Source: the human T2T-CHM13v2.0 reference genome, Homo sapiens
NCBI RefSeq assembly: GCF_009914755.1
Contig: NC_060932.1
DNA: 64,000 bases
Direction: 5' to 3' (one strand)
A program made the translations under genes and the position numbers. The notes under the pieces are model-generated. The model searched no databases and was not told where the DNA came from. It was given only the letters and a program-made list of their open reading frames with translations. Below, piece after piece: positions 1 through 16,273 of this stretch (its first letter is position 1; each line of letters starts with the position of its first letter).

Positions 1-115
1 TTAGGAGAAATATGTTGTTCCTATTCTTTAAAATATAGATTTTATTCTGTTATTGTGAAATGGATATAATTTCATATATCTGTATTTGATGACAATTCTT
101 TTTTTGTGTTAGTGA

Positions 116-454
<339 letters not shown>

Positions 455-1872
455 CATAATTAGTAATTTATGAAGGCAATATATTTTATTTCCCACAGAT
501 GCAGAGGATAATTAAGTATTAGTAAATATGGGTGATTAAGTACTAGTAAATATGGTACCCAGATTACTTGTCCTCTTATGCTAGCATTTAAAGGAAAGTT
601 GAAATATTGCTTTCTGTAACTATTCTGAGATACCAGGTAGGGAGTTTACATAAAACTCAAGTTGCAGCCAAGTCTAGAACTCCTTCTGTTGAATTAATAT
701 TTCCAAGACTGTGTGGACTACTAGAGTTACATAGCTTCTTTTATTTCACATGAGCTTTGCTATACTTTTGCTTGAAACATTTTAGTGTTTCTGGAAATAA
801 TTGGTCTTATTTTCAAACACTGTATGTTCAAATGATCATTTTGAAGCCCTTTTCAGTTGCCTGGGTGTTCACAGCTTATATATGTTGGTGTTAAAGTTAT
901 AACAAAGTTAAATGTCCCTTGAGGATAGACCTTTTTCTGTAGTCAAGTGAAATGTTAATGAAACACAGCAGTCTGTTTTTTTTTTGGTTTAAATGCGTGT
1001 AAACTCTGGGAAGTTAAATTATTGTAAAAATTGCTGCCATGTTATCATTCACATTTTATAGACTTTGTATGCCTCTTCAGAGGATGAATTGATTCTATTT
1101 TTGTCAAAGAAACCATTTTTCCTCACTCCTGAAGTTGGAGTATATCACCCCTGTGGGGACAGTCATGGACTCTGTCCACAGGGAGGAGTTCATGAGCTAC
1201 ACGCAGGCACTCCAGAAATGGTGGTCCCTGTCCTGTGAACGTGGCAAAGGCATACCTTTGCATAATACTTCATAAATTTCAAGGTCTTTTCACCTACAGT
1301 TGATAACTGTCACCACAGATCATTGCAGTGAAGTCCATCAGGTTTTACATTTTATAGTTCATGCAACTCAGTGGGATTTACCCAAGATCACAGGACAATC
1401 CTGTATGTTTCCTAATAGCCATTGTTTTACAATGTCCACCATTTACAAAATGCCCTTTTTTGAATCCATTTAAAAATTTTAAAAGTATGCATTTGGAGCT
1501 TAATAAGTTGCTTACTCATAAAGTGGTGTTTATTTTTTAAAATCCAAATATATAGAATCAGTCATAATTTAGAGACTAAAATTCTAGCCCAGTTCTCTAT
1601 CCAGTTTAAACTACTTACCAGTAATAGCTCCACAGTTGTGCGACCTTTCCATGAATTTCAGGCATGACAGAAAAATGTGACAGATTCAATTAGCCAGATA
1701 TTTAAAAAATGTTTTGACTTACTTTATGTAACTTTATTTTCCTCTTGAAAGAGCTGGTTTATCATCATCTGGTTCCAGCTGTAGTGAAAAATAGGCTTCC
1801 CTGGTCAGTTGGTTTCTATCTGTTCTATTGACCAGTACTGCTGGAAACCAATTTGTTGGTTGATTTGTTTGT

Positions 1873-1933
1873 CCATCTATCCATCTATCCATCTATCCAT
1901 CCATCCATCCACCCACCCACACACACACCCACC
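1873..1933. repeat. (CCAT)n/(CTAT)n grading into (CCCA)n/(CA)n simple repeat
   Basis: Seen directly in the sequence. Confidence 0.85.
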
Positions 1934-3854
1934 CAAAAAATATTCACTAAGTAGATATGACCTCCCAGTAATGGGGGTAAATATTGGATATCTAAAGGCA
2001 GATGATATTCGGTTGACCACCTCAGAGAGATCACCGACAATCACAGTCCAGGACAAACACATTGCTATAAACCTATAACCATGGTTTATGGAGGTCAATG
2101 CTCAAAAAGGGGCATGTTCCAAGAGCAGTGGGTTGACTGACAACCTCCCAGATAATTCACCAGCTTTCCAGAGGAAGCAATGCCTACTCTGCCACAGAGT
2201 AGAGGATGATCTGTCACATGCACAGACCAGGACAGAAAGAGAGAGAGACAGAGAGTTGGTGAGGGGAGTTCATAACAAGGGTAAGATGCCTAAGATGATT
2301 CCTGGATTAATCAAGGCAGAGAGTACAGAATAAAGGCTCTGAGGAGAACAATAATTAAGAGTTGAGTTTGATGTGCCTGCAGGATGTCCAGGTAGGGACA
2401 TCTAGGACTCAAGGGAAGAGACCAAGTTCAGAGTTCTCAGTTTATCTAAAGATGGTTTGTAAAGCCAAAGTTTCAAAAAAGAGCATGGTTCAAAGAAGAG
2501 CAAACCCGCAGGTTAATAACCACCTTTATGGTATTGTGCCTAGCACCTTAAACCGAGCACAGCTGTCAGCACAGAGCTCACATCAGGGGCTCTTGGCAAC
2601 AACAGCATTCACTTCCATGAATCTTTGGGAGTCGCTAACATGTTTCAGTGTTTGGAATCCCTATTCTTCTATTTCTTTGGTCCTGCCCTTTCCAGGCCAT
2701 TTTCATTGATCAATTGATTCTTTCAATAAGTATTTAGTGAGGGCCTACTACATTCCAGGCATTGAGGACATAACCATGTACAAGGTAGGCATAGAGACTG
2801 CCATATCATGGACACAGAAAATTAGATGGGACTCAAAGTACGGGCACAAGTTAGCCTGGAGAAGGCATGGGTGGTAGTGTGGGGGTAGGAGGGGTGGGGC
2901 ATGTTCTAGGCAGAGAGGACTTTGTGTCATGGCTCTTTTATGAGAAGGAGCATATGCATGGTCGTAGATATAGTTGGCCCAAGTGTGAGAAGCAAAAACA
3001 GGGGCTGCCTACATTGAGATGGGAGACGTATTTGAGACTACCTACCTGAGAGTAATGGGAAGCACTGATGGGTTTTAAGTATAATAGCAACACGACAAGA
3101 TCAGACTGCATTTTAAGCAGACCACTCTGAGTCTTCCTAATGGATCCAGAAATAATTCACAGTTATGAAATGAAGGAGAGGAGAGACCAGTTAGCTGATT
3201 CAGCAGCCCAAGCAAGGGACCCTGGAGGCTGAGACTGGAGGCTGGTGTCCAGGGGCAGGGGATGGGTTTCAGAAGCACAGGGGACTTTGTGCCACCTGGT
3301 TGGAAGGGGAGAGGGCGAGGGATGCTTGACAGTCCAGAAAAATGTGATGGTGCCATAGCACACAACAAAAGAAGTAAATCATCTGTCCCTGCTTCAGAGG
3401 CCTTTCCTCGTCTGGCCTTTGCTCATCTCTGAGGCCACATCTCCCCCAACTCATTCCTCACGTGGGACATGCCTTCCTTGTTCTGTCCTGCCCTCTAACC
3501 TTTTTATAAGCAGCCCTGGTGGCTAGAAAGCCTTCTCCATCCACCTGACAAATTCCTACCATGGCTCAGCCCCTCTGGGGAGCTCTGTCCTCTAGGCTTC
3601 CAGAGAACCCTGTCGGTAGCACAGTTTTATCTCGTATCATGGGGTATTAAATTTTTAAAACACTATAGGAATAACTATATTTTAGGAAAGAAACTAAGTG
3701 CTCTCTAGTGGGGTGGGCGAGTCATAAACTCAGGGTATAGTGGCAGGCAGAGCTGGGGAGGCAGGTCTCCTTTTTTCTATATATGTATAGTTTTCCAGTT
3801 TATTAAGTTTTTAATCTCAATGCCAGTGGAATTTCTTTCTCCTTTTTTCCCTCT

Positions 3855-4290
3855 TTTATTATTTATTTTTATTTTTTTTAATTATTATACTTTAAGTTCT
3901 GGGATACATATGCAGGTCTTTTTTTTTTTAAAAAAAATTATCATTTCAACTTTTGTTTTAGATTTGGGGATATGTGTGCAGGCTTGTTACATGGATATTT
4001 TGTGTGACACTGAGGTTTGGGATACGACTGTGCCCAGCACCCAGGTAGTGGGCATAGGACCCAAAAGATAGTTTTTCAGCCCTTGCCCTGCATCCCTGCC
4101 TTAGTAGTCCCGTGTCTGTTGTTCCCATCTTTATGTCAATGTGAACCCAATGTTTAGCTCCCATTTATAAGTCAGAACACGCGGTATTTGGTTTTCTGTT
4201 CCTGCATTTATTTGCTTAGGATTATGGCCTCCAGCTCCACCCATCTTGCTGCAAAGGACATGATTTCATTCTATTTTTACGTCTGTGGGG
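3855..4290 (-). mobile_element. L1 3' ends: a tiny L1PA stub (about 3855-3916) abutting an older L1PA/L1PB 3'UTR
   Basis: ttatactttaagttctgggatacatatgcagg is followed by a second tail and tttcaacttttgttttagatttgggg...gctgcaaaggacatgatttcattc. Confidence 0.75.
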
Positions 4291-4324
4291 TCTCCTTAAA
4301 TACTTACTTCTTCCTTAATGCCTT

Positions 4325-4815
4325 TAAAAAAATTGTCATAAAAGATATATAACATAAGATTTACCATTTTAACCATTATTAAGTGTCCAGTTCTGTGGCA
4401 TTAAGTACATTCACACTGTTGTGCAAACATCGCCACCATCTATCTCCAGAGCCTTTTCATTTTCCCAAACAGAAAACTCTGTACTGTTTAAACAATAATT
4501 CCTTTCTTATCCTCCTACCTGCTGCTCCTCTCTGTTTTACCTTCTGTCTGTGAATTTGAGTCTTCTGGAGTAACTCATATAAGTGGAATCATATAATATT
4601 TGTCCTTTTGTATCTGGCTTAGTTTTTTTAGCATAGTGTCTTCAGGGTCCCTCCATTTTATAGCATGCACCTTAATTTCATTCTCTGTTAAGGCAGCATA
4701 GTATTCCGTTGTATGGCCATGTCCCATTTTGTTTTTCCATTCATCTGCTGTTGGACATTTGGGTGGTTTCCTCCTTCTGGCTACTGTGAATAGTGCTGCA
4801 ATGAACACAGGTGTG
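4325..4815 (-). mobile_element. L1M (MA/MB) 3' fragment
   Basis: Typical L1M 3'UTR motifs. ORF 4575..4853 resembles the L1 ORF2 C-terminus (FIAALFTVARR...KCPTADEW). Confidence 0.8.
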
Positions 4816-4959
4816 TTGAGTATTGAAATTGTATGTTTATCTGTCATCTCCAATAGATGATGAGAACTATCATTTATCTCATTTCTATCCAGTGTTTAGC
4901 AATGCCTGGTATAGTATACACTCTGAAAGTTAACATGAATGATTTATAATTGATTTATT

Positions 4960-5175
4960 TTATTTTTTATTAACAAATATAAAGTACCAGACACTCCAAG
5001 TGCTTAGAAAATTAAATTAACTCATTTAATTTTACTAAAAACCTGTGAGATAAGGGACTATTGTTATGCCCATTTTTCAGATGAGGAAAGTGGGACAGAG
5101 TTTACTGAGTGGTAGAGATGAGATTTGAACCCAGGCAAGCAGGCTCTAGGTCTGGACTCTTGGTCACTCTGCTCT
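4960..5175. mobile_element. MIR
   Basis: MIR core cccatttttcagatgaggaaagtggga...gatttgaacccaggc. Confidence 0.65.
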
Positions 5176-5581
5176 GTCCCCACACTAAGCCAGGTATCTG
5201 GGCTTGTGTACATAGTCAGGTAAGTGGAAATCACAGGAATTGCTAGAGGACTCCAGTAGAGGGATGATTTTCATGAATGTTCTTTCATCTCAAGAAAGCA
5301 AAGGCTGCTTTTTGGGTGCAAAGGAGTTTGGCTAGAAGGAAGATCTGGAGATAGAGCAAAAAAAAAGAAAGAAAGAAAGAAAGAAAAATACACAAACAAA
5401 AAATTCAATCAACCAACCCAATTGAAGCCTACTTATTCATGTGTTTGAAAACAATGGCAGAGTAAAGTATCTAGGATGCAGTAGACGATTAGATGATGGT
5501 CAGAGACAGAGCTGGTGGGATGGCCCTTCTTTCAATGAGCACTTTTTCAATATTTTTCAGGTAATATGTTGGCATTGGGAG

Positions 5582-5838
5582 TTTTTTTTTTTTGAGACTG
5601 AGTCTTGCTCTGTCGCCCAGGCTAGAGTGCAGTGGCGCGATCTCGGCTCACTGCAAGCTCCGCCTCCCAGGTTCACGCCATTCTCTGGCCTCAGCCTCCT
5701 GAGTAGCTGGGACTACAGGTGCCTGCCACCACGCCCAGCTAATTTTTTGTATTTTTAGTAGAGACGGGGTTTCACTGTGTTAGCCGGGATGGTCTCTACC
5801 TCCTGACCTCGTGATCCGCCCGCCTTGGCCTCCCAAAG
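5582..5838 (-). mobile_element. AluY, slightly 5'-truncated
   Basis: AluY diagnostic ctgcaagctccgcctcccaggttcacgccattc. TSD GGCATT(G/A)GGAGTTTT on both sides. Confidence 0.92.
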
Positions 5839-6454
5839 GGCATTAGGAGTTTTAAGACAATAATGAAAGTGTATTTAGAAACAAAATTGTGGAAGCAAGT
5901 CCACAAGCTGTGTAGGAAGGTGGACAAAGGGGGGCCCAGGTATACTGGATGCTTCCCCCAGCTACTGGCTCAGTATGGCCCGCCCCGTGCCTAAGCACTC
6001 CCAACCACGTCAGCACTTAAAGTTCTCATCAGAGGGGAGGGTAGCTCCCTGTTCTTTATGGTGACACTTGTTGTAACTCTATTATGTTTTTGTCTGATCA
6101 AAGGCACCCAAGTCTAGATTCACCTCTGCTCACATTGCTCCTCTCCCCTCTTACACTCCCAAGGTGGGGAGCGCATGAGAGGTGCTCGGGTCCAGGGAGA
6201 GTCACCTAGGCCAGCAGTGAGCAGCCGAATCATGTCTGTTGTGGCCATATGTTTATCACCAACACTTTGTCTCTGGCTCCATAATCATTGTCACTCAGGC
6301 TACTAGCCTTTATCATCTCCTGGTGATAGCAACTTTTCCACCATTTCCTGGAGAACATTCCATTTTGGTTTCTTTGCTTATGCCGGTGTCCAGCTCTGAA
6401 CATGGTCATGGTTGCCTCTGTGTATGTCTGACTGATGGTTGGTGATGTTTCCAG

Positions 6455-6522
6455 GTTCCTCGAGACAAGAGGCTGCTGTCTGTAAGCAAAGCAAGTGACA
6501 GCCAAGAAGACCAGGAGAAAAG
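6455..6522 (+). CDS. GRHL2: GRHL2 coding exon (exon 3 by recalled numbering), 68 nt, VPRDKRLLSVSKASDSQEDQEK(R)
   Basis: Acceptor tttccag| and donor AAG|gtaaag. The translation matches the recalled GRHL2 N-terminal region. The phase-2 end joins the next exon (AG+A = Arg). Missed by the ORF track. Confidence 0.95.
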
Positions 6523-7175
6523 GTAAAGGAATTTGCCTGGCCCCCAGAATAACTCTATGTTTTCTAAAAAACAATGTTATTAAACTGTATGTTTTGTTCT
6601 TGAGAGGAGATGGGGTCAAGAAGCTTAGCATCATCTATCTGTCTTTTGAGTCTGGACCAATGCTAGATCTCTCAATGAGGAGAGCAAATTGCATGTTTGG
6701 TTGTGCATCCAAAGGGTCTCTCCACCCTCTTCAGATACCCCTCTTCAGATTCCAAGGAGGCTTAAAATCCTGAGTCAGAGGTGAGATGCTGGTAAGATAG
6801 CCCATTGCTGGGATTAACTTTTCTGATCAATCCTATGGCATTATAACTGCAATTAGGCCCCTCAGGAAGTGAGACACTTGAAGGATTGCTTTTGATGATC
6901 AGGGAAGGGGAAAGAAAGGAGGTTGGGCTCTTTCTCAGCCAAGGGAGGCATAGGTGGAGGCGACTGTAAGGGCTATCGCTGTCAGGGTGAAGGGGCAGGA
7001 CAGCTGCAGGAGATCACCATGGAACACCCCTTGTCTGCCCTCCTCAATCAAGAACCAGCTGAAAAGCAAGGCACAGTCAGATAAATTAAGATTCAAAAGG
7101 GGCAAAAAAATCAAAAGCAGCTTTATTTCTGATGAAGCCAATTGGAGAATGTGACTTGGAATCTGTAGCTTGTAA

Positions 7176-7664
<489 letters not shown>

Positions 7665-9701
7665 CAAACTCACCCACTTCTTTCAAACTCACCCATCAAT
7701 AAATCTCTTCCCCTGCAGTGGGATGGAGAGAAGCCATAGTGTTTTTCTATTGGAGGTTCTTCCATATGGAAGTAAAATCCCCTACTAGCACATGTGTCAG
7801 AATCTGACCTGGCCTTGATAGGAACTGCTTGTGACATTACAGTCTTCTGTGATTAGCAGCAGGGGCCTCTCCACCAACCAGCAGCCATATGCTGTGCAGC
7901 ATCTCCAGGGCGCAACCCCAGCAGAACATGAAGGCTGCCTGCATCTGAGTCACTGTTCCATTAGGGATCTCCTGAAGCTCCACACTGCCCTGGAGTCCTG
8001 GGACCTCGCTGGAAGAAGAGGCTGACACTCTTCAGGCCCTAAAACTTTTCCTTGACCCAGCCAGTTTTATTGAGTTAAACTTGTGCTATCTGCTTAGTCC
8101 TGTGCCAGAATTATAGCAGGATCAGGGAAAAACAAGTTTAAGCCATGTGCTCTGTCTACCTTTCACATCACAGACAAGTGAGTATCTCTTAGGACAACAT
8201 TACAAAGCAACAGCTGCTCATTGTATTTTAATGGTTACTTTTGTGATTTTCATAGAGCACTTTAAAAAAAAACTGCAGTGAAGTATAGACTAAACTACCT
8301 TATATAGATTAATTATGACTTAGAGTTTTCATTGAATATAATTTGGAAGGATGTCATTGTGATCTGCAGCATATTCATGAATTAAGTTGCTATATGTTAA
8401 TATAGTATCATTACAACTGTTTGTATACAGAAGTTGCTACCTGGAAAAATAACAGAATCTCAATGACATGATCCGAATTTTCTAAAAAGTATGTTTAACA
8501 CACCATTATTATCATTGCATTTTTCTTGTATTATAATATTTGGTTCAATTTTAAATTATATTGCAGGTAATTTCTGTCTCACAATAATTCTTAGTTTTAA
8601 TTATTCATTTTTTAGATGTATTTGTGAAGTTCTCTGGTATTAGCTTCAAAAGCTAAAACTGTTTAACAGAGGCATAGTTACACATTTTAGGTTGGTGCTG
8701 AATCTGTTATTTTCTGGTGGTATGATAACAATATTCAACTAGATTTATACAATTCCATATCTTGCTTATTTGTTTATTAGGACACCAAATCCAAAAAATA
8801 TTTTGACTTGTATTCTTTCTTTAGAATTCCTATGTTTTGCATGAATTAAAGAATTAAGAAACTTTGCCCCAAATGGACTCTAACTATACAGAAGTTGGTT
8901 AACTTTAAATATTTTGGCAAAGCCAATGAGACTGTGTGTGTGCAAAGCCTGGGGTGGAAACTGGGTAACAACTTTGTAGCCAATAAATGTAGACCAATTT
9001 ATGTACTCCTAACCTGTAGGGGCTTATCCCCAAGTATTAATGGTTATTTCTTCACTCAAGGATCTGGGCTGACACGAGTTCGGGAAATCCTGGGTTTTGA
9101 CTAAACAGGTGAAGGAATGCTGGAACCTTTACTGGGTTCATGATGTTTGCAACCCAGTCACGGTGGTCTCGTTATGGCAATTTTGTTTGTTTTTTATTAC
9201 TGATTTCATGATGGACTCTTTTTTTGTGTGTATGTGAGGAATATCTATTAACATTCCATGCAATGTTTAAACAATGAGGTTTAGGACATGGTAATGTAAA
9301 TGGGTGGTCTGGGTTTTGGCATCCTCCAACTAGCTGGATTCAGATGAAACATAAATTCTAAATTTTCACTCTTTCTTATATACAGGTTCACTCTATTGAT
9401 TTGATCACGAAATCAGGTCATTACTTAAGGCTAGAAAGTGTGCAGACTTGTGATTTTACTCCTTAGGAAATTATTTTCTAGACTTATTTCTTCTACACAT
9501 AAAGTTTTAGATATCTTAAATATTTTTCTATTTGCTGTGTTCATGTGGAGAAATTCTTTTTGCAAGTTTCACTTTGAAGTTTCATCTGAAAAATCAAAGC
9601 TGAAAATATCAAGTCCTGCTTGGTACTTAGGCAAGCTCAAAGGCTAATGGGCTTCCTTCTTTACACACAGGAGCCAGAAGAGCCCAGTTCTTGGAAGAAC
9701 A

Positions 9702-9995
9702 TTTTTTTTTTGAGATGGGGTTTTGCCCTTGTTGCCCAGGCTAGAATACAATGGCATGATCTCAGCTCACTGCAACCTCCGATCCCGGCAGGTTCAAGTG
9801 ATTCTCCTGCCTCAGCCTCCTGAGTAGCTGGGATTACATGCATGTGCCACCACGCCTGGCTAATTTTGTATTTTTAGTAGAGATGGCGTTTCTCCATGTT
9901 GGTCAGGCTAGTCTCGAACTCCCGACCTCAGGTGATCCACCCACCTCGGCCTCCCAAAGTGCTGGGATTACAGGTGTGAGCCACCAAGCCCGGCC
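9702..9995 (-). mobile_element. Alu (Sp-like)
   Basis: Alu consensus in reverse orientation. Confidence 0.92.
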
Positions 9996-10562
9996 TCAGA
10001 AGAGCAAATTTTAAGAGAATAGCCCTCACAATGAGAGATGCCACAAAGCCCCAGAAAGCACATGCTAGATAAAAACAGAAACAAACAAACAACGCAGGCA
10101 TCAGAGAGGGGGCAAAAGATGTATTTTCTCTCCACATTACTCAGAAGAATCCGTAAATTAGTGAGAGGTGGCCCCAAAATTGCACTGACCAGAGGGACTT
10201 GGCTAATAAAATCATTTTGCTGTCAACAATAATTTTCCATTAATGAGTTCTTATTTGTTTCTGCTCTCTCCCAGACTTCTTTAGTATAGATGAAAGTATT
10301 TTATTCTAGTCTGGCAAGAATTAATATTCTACATCCTCTCCTTTCTCTCTGTACCACCCAGGAGGTCTGAGATCTGGGAGATCTTGTTTTACATAAGCCA
10401 AGCTACACCACTTCCTTAAGCCCCCAAAGGAATTCAGTGCTAAGGACGTCAGTGAGCTCATGTTCTCTCTCAATTTGGTGAAAATACTTGAATGATAAAT
10501 TCTCATTATTTTATTTCTCCTTTAAGGTGCCCACAGAATGGTAAAAAATATCCTCCCCACTC

Positions 10563-10619
10563 CCTAGTCCTTCAAATTACCATGTTTGTCCTAGTCCTTC
10601 AAATTACCATGTTTGTCCT
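10563..10619. repeat. Perfect 27-bp tandem duplication CCTAGTCCTTCAAATTACCATGTTTGT x2
   Basis: Copies at 10563-10589 and 10590-10616, followed by CCT. Confidence 0.95.
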
Positions 10620-10952
10620 CCTCCTGCTTTTTTCTTTTTGTGTTTTAAAACTAACTTTTTGGTAAAAATTTTCAAACACGTACAGAAGTACAGAGAATAG
10701 TGTAATAAACCCCCCAAATACCCATCCCATTCTCCAGTTCAGCAATGATAAATTTTTGCCACTGCTTAATATCTGCTTGATACTGACCTTTTCTCTCTTT
10801 CCTTTTCTTTTTTTTTTCAGATTGCAATAGTATTTAAATCCCTGTCATGTCATCATATTAGTTAACCTCTAACTAATTCTGATTTGTGTGTCTAAAAAAT
10901 AAAAAAGGACATTTTATTACATAAGCTCAAAATCATTATCACCCCTAACTGA

Positions 10953-11261
<309 letters not shown>

Positions 11262-11563
11262 AACAATACTTCCTTAATATCGCCAAATCCCAGTCCATAT
11301 TCAGTTGTCTCAAAATTCCCATTGCCTGATAATTGCCTTTTTGGTTTGTTCAGGTCAAGATCCAAACAAGAGCTGCTTCTCATACTTGATTTTTATGACT
11401 TTTAAGTCTCTTTTAATCTAGAACTTCTTCCACCCTTCCTCCTTTTTTCATGCCTTTGACTTGTTGACAAATTTAGGTCAGTAGGATGTGCTGCATTCTG
11501 GTTTGTCTGATCGCTTCTTTTTGATGTTGTTTAAGTCATTCTTTGTGTTCCTGTATTTCCTAA

Positions 11564-11991
<428 letters not shown>

Positions 11992-12098
11992 TAGTGACGC
12001 AAGGATCCCATTGCGTTTCGTTGTGAAGTTTGCCAGCCCCCTGTCCCTTAATGGCATTAACATCCAATGATTATTGCCTGCATTGGTTATTCTATTAG

Positions 12099-12602
<504 letters not shown>

Positions 12603-12968
12603 TAATTTTTTTCTATTTCCTTTCAAAGTGTGATAAATGAATTAAACAGCAAGTTTTAGCTTCAATTAGTTTTTTAAAAGATGTGTTTGTTGGTAGTCTG
12701 GCATTCTTTCTAAACAGGTATTAATAAACCTGTCGATGTGTATGTGTATGGAGGAATATTTCTATTTTTCTTGGTTCTTAGATGATGGATTTCTTTGTTT
12801 TCATTTTAGTCTTAAGACTAAATATTTATGAGAAATTAAGAGATGTTTGTGTGGAAACTTCTGCTTTGTAAAGTTTTCACCTTGATCTTTTCTAGTTTGT
12901 AACCTTCCAAATGGTAGGTAGCTAAAGGTAGGGCTTGTCCATTCTTTTTTAAAAAACAATATAACTTT

Positions 12969-13299
<331 letters not shown>

Positions 13300-13665
13300 T
13301 TAAAAAACCTTGTCTGATGGAATACTCAAGAAGGAGAATTTGCGTTATCAATAATCAAGTGTGTGTATGTGTGCATTCTTTCTACTTTACAAATAGAGAA
13401 TATGTATTCTTCTCAGGAGCTCATAGGACTAACTTTGCTTGTTTATTTTAAATTCAGAAGTTCTAAGTGCACAGTTGAGAATTTTGGTAATTGTATACAA
13501 TTGTGAAACCAACATCAGAATCTAGGTATAGAAAGTTCCCTTGCCCTGAAAATTTCCTTGAAGCTCTTTGCATTTGAAGCCTTCCCTGCTCACCTTGCAT
13601 TTGGCGAGCGTGGATCTGCCTACTGTCACTATAGTTTTACCTTATCTAAAATTTCATGTAAATGA

Positions 13666-14067
<402 letters not shown>

Positions 14068-14892
14068 TTGTTGCTTGTTTTAGTAGTTGTTTTTTAAAGT
14101 TGCTGAGTAGTATTTCATAGTGAGTGTATACCACTATAGCTAGTCACTAGTTGATGGACATTTGGTTGCTTCCAGCTTTTGGCTATTATGAAAAATGCTG
14201 CTGTGGACATTCCTGTTTATATTTCAACATGGACATATGCTTTCATTTCTCTCGGGTAAATACCTAGAGCTGGAATTGCTAGGCCATGTGGCTCATGTAT
14301 GTTTAACTTCATAAAGTACTACCACACGGTGCTTCAAAGTGGCTATACCATTTTGTTCCTACCAGCAACGTATGAGGATCCCTGTTTTCCACACCCTTGC
14401 CAAAATTTGGTAACTTTTAAACTTCAGCTCTTTTAGTGGATATGTGATGGTGTCTCATTGTGCTTTGAATTTGCATTTCTTTATGTGTAGTGAGGTTGAA
14501 CATCATTTCATGTACTTATTTGGCCCTTCCTATAACTTCTTTTGTGAAGTGTCTATTCAAATTATTTGTCCAATTTTTAAATTGGGTTTTCTTCCTTTTA
14601 TTAAGTTGTAAGAGTTCTTTATATAATGTGAATATAGGCCCTTCATTAGTCACATATTTTGCAGTCCATTAGCCTTTTTGTTTTTTTAACTATATCTTTC
14701 CATGAGCGACGGCATTTAATCTGATTAAGTCTACTTTATTAATGTCTTTTATAGTTTATGCATTTGTTATATCATTTAAGAAATCTTTCCCTAACCCAAT
14801 GTCACAAACTTTTTTTGTTTGTTTTTTGTTTTTCTTTAGATGTTTATTAGTTTCATGTCTTTCATGTAGGTTTCTGATTCATTTCGAAGTAA

Positions 14893-16273
14893 TTTTTTTT
14901 TTTTTACTTTTTAAATGGTTTTATGTGCAAATAATGAACAGATGTTGTACCTATAAATTCTACTTTCCAAAAACAGGAGCTTTTTAAAAGAAAACCACAT
15001 AATAACTTTTAAAAGGCACTGGGATTCCTCTGCTTCTAGATCATTGCTAGGCTAGAAAAATAAAGTTTGTTCTACCAGGAATCACAAGTTAGAACTAAGC
15101 ATTCTTCAAAGTGGAAATTCTAGACTATAGTGTCATTCCAGGCAAAGATTATTCATTTCTCATCCCCAACATCCACAACTACCTATCAGAAGGGTTAAAC
15201 CAGGTCAAAACAGTCCAGCATAATTAGGCTTCATCAAACAATGTCATTATGCTCTTCTAAGATGCAAATAAACCAAGCAGGAAATACTAAAATCAAAATA
15301 ATATTTGACACTGTCATACAAATTGTTAGTTCCTTGTTGTATCCCCCTTCTATAACATTAATAAAGGGAACATTTTACTGCAAAGAATATTTTATTTTAT
15401 ACATCACTAGCCATGAATTTTTGCCATTAGTTATTGTACAAATGCTGTCTAGTGCCATTATCCAAATGGCATAACCATTTTACATCCACAATTCACTTCT
15501 ATAGTTATAAGTAGAATTTTCATGATTTATGTAAGTACATCTATCAGTAAAGATTTAACACTGAGATGCAATCTAACATCTGTAATATCTGATGTTTTGT
15601 AGATGGCAATGTAGGAAAGATATATTTTAATCACTTTTCATTTAAGTGACCTTATGTAAAAAATAATAATTTAGCAGTTCCAAGTCTCCAAAGGGCATTT
15701 TCAAATGTACATAAAAGAAATGGTTACAGAGATTTTTAAGAAGCATCTTCCATGTCCACATCCTCTTGTAACTGTTGTACCATTTTCTCTTCCAACTACT
15801 TCCCTTTGCCTGCAAGGGGGGCTCAGATAAGATGGATGTTTTGCTTTACTTCTTTGATATCCTGAACTTTTGTAGCTCTTTATTTTTCTTCGATCTGTTC
15901 ATTATAAATTTAGCTTGGCGTTTCTGTTTGATTTCTTCAACTCTCTTCATTGAATCAATACTTTTATTCCATAGCTCTCACTGGTATTCGATAGGTTCAT
16001 TTCTACATTTTTCAAATTCAAATGAATTATACGCCGTAAGCCCTTTACCAGCTGCTTTCAGGAATGCTTTGGTTCACCTAGCTTTGGAGGATTGTGCTTC
16101 TTTTTAAAGTTTTTATGACATTTAGATTTGCAAAATCTGAACACCTTGCAATTATTGTGGACAAACATCATGCCGTGGCCAGGGTAGATGGGCCCTGAAC
16201 AAATATAACACTTCTCAATATGCATATTGAACCCGTGTGGGTCCCCACCAACCAAACACCAAGCTTGAGAGGT
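14893..16273 (-). pseudogene. Processed pseudogene of RSL24D1 (RLP24, RPL24-like ribosome biogenesis factor), antisense in GRHL2 intron 4. CDS remnant 16225..15736, with 5'UTR, long 3'UTR and poly(A)
   Basis: Minus strand reads [46 protein letters not shown] (RSL24D1: [32 protein letters not shown]...) and ends ...EDVDMEDAS*. Intronless, with two 1-nt deletions and in-frame TGA stops. T-run at 14893-14905. TSD GA(A/T)GTAATTTTT at 14886-14897 and 16274-16285. Confidence 0.93.
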
